Shown here: positions 53,479 through 64,000 of the stretch, in pieces
How the letters are laid out: each line of letters starts with the position of its first letter
How positions within the stretch are numbered: the stretch's first letter is position 1
NCBI RefSeq assembly: GCF_006345805.1
Contig: NC_043004.1
Location: forward strand, 99,386,001 to 99,450,000
Origin: Octopus sinensis
Lineage: Eukaryota
Direction: 5' to 3'
DNA length: 64,000 bases
The notes under the pieces: model-generated
Told to the model about the DNA's origin: nothing
Database searches by the model: none
What the model saw: only the letters and a program-made list of their open reading frames with translations
Made by a program: the position numbers and the translations under genes

Positions 53479-56400
53479 TCTGTTATAAAGACACACACTT
53501 ACACGTATATTCATAAATTTCTCTTGTTCAGTCTAATAAGATGTTGATAGTTACAATAATGAAACATCGCTCAGTGCATGAAGTAGGATGGAGAATCATT
53601 TCAATGATAGTAATTCGATTAGCTTAGTTATTCTAAAACTAAAAAATACAACCCTCTTCTTGGCGAAAAACTATAACCAAACAAATTTTTTGCTACCCCT
53701 CTTTTTTAATACAAAAATAAATTAGTGCTTGAATTTATACAATACTTTCTTCACCATGGCTTTTGATTAGTTTACAATGCTTCAAACTATGTTAAATTTA
53801 TCTAACATGGTAATTTGCCCACCCTCATTTCAATCATCACAACCTATCTGTCCATGGCAAACACTGCCTAAGTTGAATGTTTATATGTATCTAATAAGCT
53901 CGAAATCTCTGCCCAGTTGTCGGTGGGTAGATGAATATGTCTTGTAGTACTGTAAATAACTAAGAAGGTAAATTAAACTGCCGATGATCTGAGCGCACTG
54001 CTAGCAATCAAAATTATCAACTCTATTGGTGTGTACGAGATGTGATGACGGCACAGACCTGCCATCTTTCGTCGGGCGTGCAAAATATGCTGAAGATATA
54101 TTACGTTTAAGAAAAGGATGTTGAATTTATCGCACTGGGAGACCAAAACCCACGCACACCCAATTTATATTCCCTACTTACGTTTGAGGATCTTAGTTGC
54201 CATTTATTTCTAAAATCACAGGCCTAATGCTCATCATTAAGAAGGCGGTAAGTTAAATGACAACTGTACCTTTCCTATAGACATACAGCATCATAACAAT
54301 CAATATTATAGTAAGTTAAGAAGCAGTTACGCAAGGAGTTATATAAGCGGTACAGAGAAACAATGCAGTTGCCAGTACATTTATTACAAAGAAGTGGTTT
54401 TGATGCGATCTGATTTCCGAGTTACCTAATGCGTATCTCTTCAAGTACAACTGCATCAATTTTGTTTCACGAATACTGAAAAATAAAAATAATGAAGTAC
54501 CAGGGATACAATAGGCAACACAATTGTACACAATTGGTGAGGCTTAAACTCATGCACAATGTTTAAATAACTATGCTACTTGACGATGCTATTCGAGGTG
54601 TTTACATTGCTACATATATTTTCGATTGCTCAAACCAGGCCTCCCTTCCGCAAACGATTGCCCTTCACCAACTGAAAAATCGGAACATCGCGGAAGGTCT
54701 ACAAAAGTAAAAATATTGTTTCTCATCTCCTGATGAACTTCTCGTGACACATGGAATTTCTCACTTTTAGAAATCTTAATTATTGGTATCTGCCCAAGGG
54801 GAAAATCGTCTTCGCTTTTTATATGTTCATTCGATTCCTTCGTTACATAATTTAATTACAGTCCAAAAGATGAGACAGGTGAAAATAGAGAAATGATGAA
54901 AGTGAACACAATAATCCATAATTCCTCAGTACACGATAAACTTCTTTTTTTCTACTCTAACCTTGAACTTCAGTAACCATTGTTATTGGTTACTAAAATA
55001 AGATCGAGTCGCATTGTTATATTTTAAAGGATACTTTTTTTATCTTTTTACTTTCCCTAAAAAATTTGTTTGTTTTAACAGCACAGATCTAAATAATGTT
55101 TTCTTGAACAACGAATGGCGCAATGCATTTATACTGTCTACTTACTTTTACTTTTTTTCTCGGTGTTTTTCTTCAATATTTTTCATTCTTTTGTCATTGT
55201 TTCTCTATGAGAATATCCCAAGTAGCTGTCATTTGTCTTCTTTTCAGTAGTTCACGAGCTAAAGTGCATATTTCTGAACAGAACACTCTAACACAAGAAG
55301 AGAAACCACTCAACTACATAGTCATCCATGGTTTTCTTTTATACTCCATTCGAATTAGCAACACATACATGCAAACACAAAGAATGCGCATTCAATACCA
55401 CATGCACACACTCACACAGTACCACCTTCATTCTCGATTACTCACACACACACAGAAAAAACAATCATACCCAAAACGTGTATGTGTACATGTGAGCAAC
55501 AGCCATCTAAATACGACTGAATTACAGTGATCCGCAGTACCAATGATGGTATTTGCGCTGCCTTTACGTTTTTGTTTTTGTTTTTCTCAAGCTGTTGAAT
55601 GCTGTTTTCTGCTTAACAATAAATATATAAAATAAAAATGAAATCAGAAACGGATAAAGAACGGCGGCATACGAATGAAAAACATTGAAGAACAATCTGT
55701 GAAGAAATATTTTTGGTTTTGCGCTGCATCGCTGCTTTTGTGTTTGGATTAAGTGTTTGCAATTCGTTCTTACCACTCCAGCACAAATAGAACCAGCATG
55801 GTTGAGTTTTCTGAAGGACGAGAGAAAGCTGAAGAATAATTCTGCTAGAACTGGAAGAATATTACGTAAGAATTTTCCAACGACCCTGATTGTTAAAGCT
55901 TGTTTTAAGCTGCCGACAAATTGAAACTCTGATGCGTTTTACAATATCTGTTATAGCCTATTTCATTATATTGACGTTGAGTTGATTCCCTGAGAAATGC
56001 TTGGCTGTAACAGACTCTTTGTTTTCCTCTTTTCCTGTCCTGTATGATATTCAGCATCATTTCGGTATAGAGAAACGTCTGCGTATTTTAATCATCAACA
56101 AGAGCGAGCATATATAATGAACTGGAGGATTTAGTATTAGCCATTATCGTTCTGAGCTTGAACTAAGCCGACGTTAGTTTCAAATTTGCCTTCCTTCTGG
56201 ATTAAATAAAGTAAAGTAGCTTTGAAGTACGAAGGTCTATGTAATGAAATAAGACCTTCTCATACTTCTGGCCATATGCCTCTTTCAGAAATTATTTCTA
56301 AATTGCCATACATCTTCAAAATAAACAGTGCACCGGAAAACAAAAACTGCAATACAAATTTTTAAATAAAATTTTAAAGCTTTTATTAGTACACCAATAT

Positions 56401-57084
56401 ACTCTGAGGCGTAATTTAGCCAATGCTAATTTTACTTTCCATTCTTCCACTGTTGATGTCCAGTGAAAATTCCAGATTCCGAAAGAAAATGATAAGAGAC
56501 TGAAACAATTTGTAGATTGTCGAACATTTTCAACAATAGCAAGAATTAATAAATGTAGTGCTTGGGGCTTTTCACTCATTGACTGATATCTGTTGAATTT
56601 GTTGCACTCTGTTGAAACACTCAAGCCTGGAGTTCTAGACGTTCTGCGCCTCATTCGAGAGTGCCTGAAGCGTCTTCTTAATAACACTAAGAATATGCAC
56701 TTACAGGCTACATAATTCACAGTTCAATCTAAAAACTTGTGCAGCCTTGAGCTTAAGTTGGGAAACATTTTTATTGATTTCAAACGAAATATTTGCCTGA
56801 GAGTCTTAACACTAAAAAACCATTTTCGTCGTTGGTGTTTTGTCGTCATAATCACTTTCAAATCTGAAGTAATTCTAAAGGCTTTTGAGTGGTAAAGATA
56901 ATAGAGTGTCACTCTATATATCTAGGGATGTGAAGATAAACCGCTTAATGTTCTCCCAGCCCAAATCCCAGAGATGTCAGATTCAACGTTCGCTTTCCAC
57001 GACGATCTCAAGCTTTGATTAAACTACGTATCTTTCAAATAACTCGGCTCCATTAAATGGACTGTATCCTCACCTGAACAAGCG

Positions 57085-57400
57085 TGGCGCCTGCGGTTAT
57101 AGCAAAACTTATTATGTTAGTGAATTTTTTATTGCATGCGTTTATTATACAAACTGACTCTTTCCATGAAGAGTTATTGATGAATAACTAATCAACAACC
57201 AGTATTATAGCAAACGGAGATGTCCATAGAACAATACATCAAATACAATGCAAATCCTATATTAGCAAATACACAAGTTAAAATACAAATGTATCTAATG
57301 CACACTAACTATAGGATAGCTGAACGCATCATTAAGAACGTTATAAATCAAAAGATAAAATGTATTGAAGTAAATGATACAATTATAATAATTATGCTTT
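57085..57400 (+). pseudogene. decayed Penelope-like RT thumb/linker coding fragment
   Basis: SFHEEL...LINNQY followed by MHTNYRIAERIIKNVINQKIKC..NDTIIII resembles the PLE region between RT and the GIY-YIG domain; frameshifted. Confidence 0.5.
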
Positions 57401-57719
57401 CAGACGTTACAGAAATCCCAACTCGAAAATATCCATGAAAAGTAAATGTCTTTTATTTATTTATTTCTTCAAAATTTGTTTTAGTCAATAGACTACAGCC
57501 TGCTGGCTAAAATACTTCAAGGTGGTGCTGGGGCACCACCTTCAAGTATCTTAGCCGAATGAATTGACCGCAGTACTAGATAAAGTTTTTTAAACTTAGC
57601 CTGTCGCACCCTTTGTGAAGAACCGCTTTGTTTCAGGAATATATGTATTTATAAGTGATGGTGGAGAGAAAACCCAAACATAAACACACAAACACATACC
57701 CATCTCTCTCTCTCTCTCT

Positions 57720-57895
57720 ATGAAACGTAGAGTAGATGAAATCTTTAGCGACTGAAGAAGGGGTTTTTCTTTGTGTTAATTGTCCTGTACTCTATTTTTT
57801 TGCTGTTTTTAAACAAATGTCCAGTTCCTTTGGTTTGTGTCTATGTTTTCGTTTCTCATTGTGTTCGACGTCGTTTTGGTGTCCTGTACTCATAT
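57720..57895 (+). mobile_element. PLE-like terminal fragment
   Basis: Inverse homolog of 14530-14700; flanked by microsatellites. Confidence 0.55.
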
Positions 57896-57947
57896 AAGCG
57901 TGTATATATATGTTTATATATATGCATATGCTTTATTTTATTTATTA

Positions 57948-57990
<43 letters not shown>

Positions 57991-58189
57991 ATAAAGCTAG
58001 CAATAAAATGTAAAGATATATTATATAATACAATATAATGGTGAAACGGTTACCTAAAATTCTTAATAGTAGTCGGTTTATATAAAATGGCTTCTCTTTT
58101 TCTAAAAATTTCCTTCACCTTTCCTGACTAAGAAATTATTCTATACTATGAAAGGTCTTTTATGATATACAAAAAGTTGAATAACATCT

Positions 58190-58226
<37 letters not shown>

Positions 58227-58237
58227 CATACACACAC

Positions 58238-58277
<40 letters not shown>

Positions 58278-58411
58278 TGTGTGTGTGTATGTGTTTGTTT
58301 GTGTGTGTGTATGCATTTACGATGGGTTCTTTTCAGTTTCCATCTAACGAAATCCAGTCGCAAGCTTTTGATCGGCCCGAGGCGATAGTTCTCCGCGGTA
58401 GAGAGAGAGAA

Positions 58412-58443
<32 letters not shown>

Positions 58444-58474
58444 CCAAAATAAGGAACAACGATATCCAGAGGTA

Positions 58475-58562
58475 ATGCAGTACGATCGTTTCAAGCAAAT
58501 CCATTTAATTGAACAATGCAATCATCACATCTATTTAAATGCAGAGCAATTCTCAGCTGCAT
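58475..58562 (-). ncRNA. type-I hammerhead motif with extended stem II (core CTGAGAA)
   Basis: Minus strand ATGCAG-CTGAGAA-[57 nt]-GAAA-CGATCG-TA-CTGCAT. Confidence 0.62.
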
Positions 58563-58662
58563 AAAGACATATAATTTAATCAAATTAAAGTAGAGGGACA
58601 CATTAGTACAATTTCACCTAAAATCTCCTTACCATCTTGGAGATTTTAGGTAAAATTATACT

Positions 58663-59836
58663 GGAGAGTGGCTGCACAACTTCCTAAAAGACAGAAAACA
58701 GGCAGTTGTGAGCAATGGAGCCACCTCCAGGGAAACGCAAATAACAAGCGGTGTCCCACAGGGCACTGTCTTGGGGCCACTGATGTTCATAGTGGCCCTT
58801 TCAGACATGCCTTCAGTTGCTACGATGACCACCCTTGCTAGCTATGCAGATGACACAAAGGTCTCCCACGCAATACAGAACCCTGAAATATTGCGCATCT
58901 GCAACATGAGCTGGACACAATATACAGGTGGGCTGAGGACAACAACATGCAGTTTAATGCAGGTAAGTTCCAGGCCCTGCGCTACTGGCACACAAAGGTA
59001 AATGACGTGAAGACTGGATACACTGGCCCAGGAAGAATTGCAATCCCTGAGTCAAAATCAGTGCGTGACCTGGGCATTGACATGAGCAATGATGCATCTT
59101 TCCAAATGCATATTGCTAATCTGGTGATAAAATGCAGACGGCTAGCTGGATGGATTCTCCGAACTTTCAGAACAAGAGAGAAGGAGACACTGATGGTCCT
59201 ATGGAAAACATTTGTCCTCAGCCGCTTGGACTACTGCTCCCAACTTTGGTCACCACACAATATAAAACAAACAGCAGAACTCGAAGCAACTCAGAGAAGC
59301 TACACAAAGAAAATCGTCTCAATGCAAAATGTCAGCTACTGGGAAAGACTGAAGGTATTAAACCTCTTCTCCCTGGAGCGGAGGCGGGAGAGATATGCAG
59401 TAATATACATCTGGAAAATCCTGGAGGGTCTTATCCCAAACTTTGGCATTCAAAGTTACTCCAACCGCAGAACGGGGCGCCGCTGCGTGGTGCCAAGGAT
59501 TCCAACATCACCATCAAAATACAGGTCCAGATACTGCAACAGCTTGGGTTTCAGAGGACCACAGCTTTTCAACATCCTCCCTAAATGCCTGAGAGACTTA
59601 CATGGTGTGGATGTGGGTTTCTTTAAAACTAAACTGGATCTCTTCTTGTTGGAAGTCCCAGATGAACCTACCTCACGACAGGAGACGCGGATGCGGGCAG
59701 CAGCATCGAACTCCCTTGTTGATCAAGTGCCACGTATCAGAGGTGGATTCACAAACTAGTGTGGCTCATTCAGCGGTGGTGCCCCAGCATGGCCGCGGCC
59801 TTCGGGCTAAAACATTTTTAAGGATTTAAGGATTTA
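58663..59836 (+). mobile_element. 5'-truncated CR1-like LINE (RT C-terminal half, 3' UTR, tail)
   Basis: GEWLHNFLKDRKQAV..SGVPQGTVLGPLMF..YADDTK, one frameshift near 58887, then MQFNAGKFQ..RDLGI..SRLDYCSQLWSP..YWERLKVLNLFSLERRRERY, stop at 59759, tail (AGGATTTA)2. Confidence 0.93.
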
Positions 59837-59877
59837 ATGTGTCCATCTGTTTTAATTTAATTAAATTCTATGTCTTT

Positions 59878-59965
59878 ATGCAGCCGAGGATTGCTCTGCA
59901 TTTAAATAGATGTAATGATTACATTCTTCAATTAAATGGAGTTGCTTGAAACGATCGTACTGCAT
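59878..59965 (+). ncRNA. type-I hammerhead motif with extended stem II (core CCGAGGA)
   Basis: ATGCAG-CCGAGGA-[57 nt]-GAAA-CGATCG-TA-CTGCAT; 6-bp stem I, GUA triplet. Confidence 0.62.
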
Positions 59966-60059
59966 TACCTCTAGATATGCTTGTTGCTTATTTTGATTTT
60001 AATCACCTTCTTTTGAAATTTTATAATGCCTCAACCATATTCATCTGAATCTAAATTTC

Positions 60060-60107
60060 GATAGATAGATAGACAGACAGACAGATAGACAGATAGATGG
60101 ATGGATG

Positions 60108-60160
<53 letters not shown>

Positions 60161-60161
60161 G

Positions 60162-60240
<79 letters not shown>
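60060..60240. repeat. (GATA)n tetranucleotide array followed by a decayed SINE A (60241-60470)
   Basis: Direct reading. Confidence 0.93.
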
Positions 60241-62681
60241 GCGCCAGCATGGCTGTGCTTGTCAGCTACACGGTAACGGGTTCAGTTCCACAGTGAGACA
60301 TCTTGTGTAACAGTTTTCTGATATAGCCTTAGGCCGAGGTACATACAGACATAAACACACAAGTTTGTTTGTGTGTGTGTGTGTGTGTGTGTATGTGTGT
60401 GTGTTTTTGTGTGTGTGTGTGTTTGTCCATTGTGTTTTAGAGTTTAGAATTGGCAGACAACAGTTAAGCCAGCAGTAATTCGATAAAGCAATTTTTACCA
60501 AAACGCTAAAATCAAATCTTTATTCTCAATAGCACACCATAAACATTTATTCTCCACTAATAAACTGTGTTTGTATAGTTTTGCCCAAAACCTCACAGAT
60601 TTTTTTTTACATATGCTCAAAGTCTCATATTCGTGAGCATTCTGTTCTAATTTACAAAATAGTTTTTAGCTTTATCTTGACTTTACCTCGTCAGAACACT
60701 AGCACTTCCACATTCGGTTGTTTTAAATCTCGAGGTACCTGAAGTTAAATGAGAAATACTTAACCAATTTTTTTTTACACTTGCTGGCTATTATTTCAGT
60801 TGTACCTATTTATCATTGCAAAATAAACGTACGTAAAATATTTCTACAACGCAAATTACGCAGCTGACATTGCAGAAGTCAAATATAAGTGACTTTTCTC
60901 AATGTATGCATTCCTAAATTTTTATTAATATACTGTAACCAATCTTGTTAGTTTCACTATATTAATACTGTCTCTTTTAACCTAATACCACGTACTACTT
61001 AAGTATTAGTAAATTATTATACCAATAAAAGCAGAAGAGGTCTATTGTCAGGTGGTATGTGGAAATTTTATTGAAAAAATATCTATTTGTTATCTTTAAT
61101 ATCTATGCAGAATCCTTTAAATTGTCTCCAGAAATCTAAGTCTGGTAAGTCATCTAACCACCTTATCTGTGGCCATCATTATTCTGTTGCACATAATAAA
61201 CGAGCCACATAGATGATTTTCTTTAATTTGTTATGAAAATTTCATAATACTGAGCACATTACAGATAATCTCAAAATATAAATATTAATTTTAAGAGCTA
61301 TTAAATCGATGAATAGACAATGAGAAAGGGCTACGGCAGATTTGGATTATTACCAAAACATAAATCAATTTGATTGATATTGAATATATGCAGTATAGAA
61401 GCAAATTTGTAAAAGTGAAAGTAAATAAATAAAATTTGAAGAGTTTTTTTTTTTTTCATAAAGATAATCATTTCTGCCAAGTATAAGATTATCTCGTTGA
61501 GAAGAACCAATTGTCTGAAGAAGCTGTTCTTTATTTAATATGACTATATCTTTTCCAAGAAAGAAAAAAGCCCCCCACTCAAAAGAAAGAAAAAAAAGGC
61601 GAATACAAATTGCAGGAGATGAGAAGAAAGAAAATGAAAATAGATATAGAAGAGAATAAGAAAAATAACAGAAGAAAGAAGAAAAGATACAAAGAAAGGA
61701 GAAAATAATAAAATGGAGATGAAAAGAAGTGAAATTAAAAAGAAACAATAATAGATAGAGCCAAAAGAAACCAAACAACAGTAACAAAAAGGGAGAAGAA
61801 GTAAAAATAAAGACGATAAAGCGAAGGAAATTAAGTGACACCGTAAATGTATTTTTATCAAAGACATAGCTCAGAAGATAGTGAATGTGAGAGAGATGTA
61901 GAAAGAGTGTATTCTAATAGAGAAGTGTAGTGCAGCGCATCGTGTGAAGGATAATGTGAGACAGACTTATCGTTACTCAATCTGACGTTAAAAAGAACAA
62001 GAGTAATTCTCCATTTATAATGTTTTCTTATAGTTCTCTTAATAAAGCTGTTAGCTATTTCTTGCCATTTCATTCGCAGCTTCAGTCATGAATGTGCGCG
62101 CGATAATATGCATACATACATACACACCTAATACGGGCGTACATATATGTATACGCGTAAATATATACGTATGTATGAATAAATTCAGATATATATCTAT
62201 ATATATATACATATACACACACACACATATATATATATATATTTTTTTTTTTATTATATACATACACATAAAGATGTATGTAAATGTATGTATATTTATA
62301 CACGCTTGCGTATATACTTATCATACAGATATGTTGCGGTTTCATAATGCAGTTCTTTATTGAGAATCGTACAAGAATGTGGTTAAGCGCGCAAGCACCC
62401 ACGCACGTACTTCACACACACGCATATACATATGTATATATATATATTTATGAATGTGCGTATGTCAGCGTGTGTGTCTGTGCAGATATGAATGCATGTA
62501 CACAAGCATATGCATATATATTTGTGTATTTACATATATATGTATAAATATATGAATATATTCACGGGTGCGCACGGATACACGCATACATACAATAAGA
62601 GGCAAGGAGAAGGGAACAGAGATAGAGAAGGAGGGATATAAAATACATTGTTTCGTGAATGGATTATTATTATTATTATTA

Positions 62682-62720
<39 letters not shown>

Positions 62721-62947
62721 CATTATTACACCTTTTATTGTACGCCTTTTGCTTTTTGCTCCTTGAATATTTCTTCTTTTATACAAAGCTTTGTAATTTA
62801 TATTTTTGTCTATCTTTTTTCAAAAATATATTTCATTCATTTTCTCCTTTCGAAAATTATTTATTTATTTATTTTCTGAGGAAGTGAATGGTGAAATTCA
62901 ATATATGTATGCGTGTCTGTGCGCGCTTTCACGATTGTATATTGTAG

Positions 62948-62986
<39 letters not shown>

Positions 62987-62987
62987 T

Positions 62988-63034
<47 letters not shown>

Positions 63035-63719
63035 GTATATGTATATATATTAATTTAGATCCAAAGAATTTCTTTTTTTCCAATTTTGAATCTTTTGATC
63101 CGGTTAGCAAAATAACTTGTGTAAGGAAATATTCATGTCATATAGCCGTTTGTCTGTGAAGCACCAAATTGAAGATAATTTCACAGAAGGAGCAAATCTA
63201 GTGAGGGTAGTACAGAAATATAAAGACATTGTTTGATAGAGTGAAGGGCAAAGGATTTTGTCAGTGAATGAGAATATAAGTAACGTATATAGATAGGAAG
63301 AGGGTGTTAGCAATCGAGAGAGTAAGAAAAGGAGAAAAATTCACAGCGTAAAAGGATAAGTAATTGAAAGTAGAAGAGAGGGTGCGTTAGAAAAAGAGAT
63401 GAAATACATATAATGGTAGACATTTTTGTAGTGAAGATATACTAAGAAGAATTACCAATATGTTGTTGAGTAATGTATGTATGCTGTTCTGCAGTAAAAG
63501 TATTCTGAATTGGAAAAAATACTGTGTTGTATCAGCAAAATAGAGAAGTGTATTCGAAGTAAACTAGAAAACAGTGGGGTTATTTTGCTGTCTAGTGGAA
63601 TCGTAGAGTAGTATATTCCATATGTATCTGAACATCACGTTGCGGTAGTGCTATGTCGTGCAATGAATATATACGGTGGTGAAGCCGTGGATTACGTCGG
63701 TGTAGTTGAAATAGACAGG

Positions 63720-63950
<231 letters not shown>

Positions 63951-64000
63951 ATGACGATATTCATTGCTAAACAACCACACGAAATACACATTATGTTACA

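Larger units (their letters stand above)
58441..59997. repeat. ~385-bp palindrome (PLE-like fold-back) interrupted by a LINE
   Basis: Left arm 58441-58628, loop 58629-58638, right arm 58639-58661 continuing at about 59835-59997. Confidence 0.88.

Noticed and set aside
56316-56720. 134-aa ORF or possible host exon
   Set aside because: No recognisable domain and no convincing splice-site pair; cannot be supported without transcript data.
61365-61867. Hydrophobic Phe/Leu-rich ORFs resembling a membrane protein
   Set aside because: Product of a purine-rich low-complexity tract read on the minus strand.

Overview
AT-rich, non-coding eukaryotic DNA. It is most likely a coleoid cephalopod (Octopus), inferred from the SINE families and the very high density of (TA)n/(CA)n/(TAA)n microsatellites. 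No host protein-coding gene can be supported, and nearly all listed ORFs are microsatellite artefacts. Recognisable content: four tRNA-derived SINE families (about 30 copies or fragments), a 5'-truncated CR1-like LINE (58663-59836), two R4/Dong-like LINE relics beside (TAA)n arrays, a maT-like Tc1/mariner relic, a mariner MITE, three non-autonomous Helitrons and many Penelope-like (PLE) terminal fragments sitting in (TA)n. The most notable signal is a set of about ten type-I hammerhead-ribozyme-like motifs from several unrelated repeat families. Two have an intact catalytic core (17016 +, 40490 -). Each family carries its own self-complementary stem III (ACGT, AATCGATT, ACTCGAGT, AGTATACT, ACGATCGT). 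They lie in partial tandem units, rod-like fold-backs and a ~385-bp palindrome later split by the CR1 insertion. All coordinates and pairings were read by eye.
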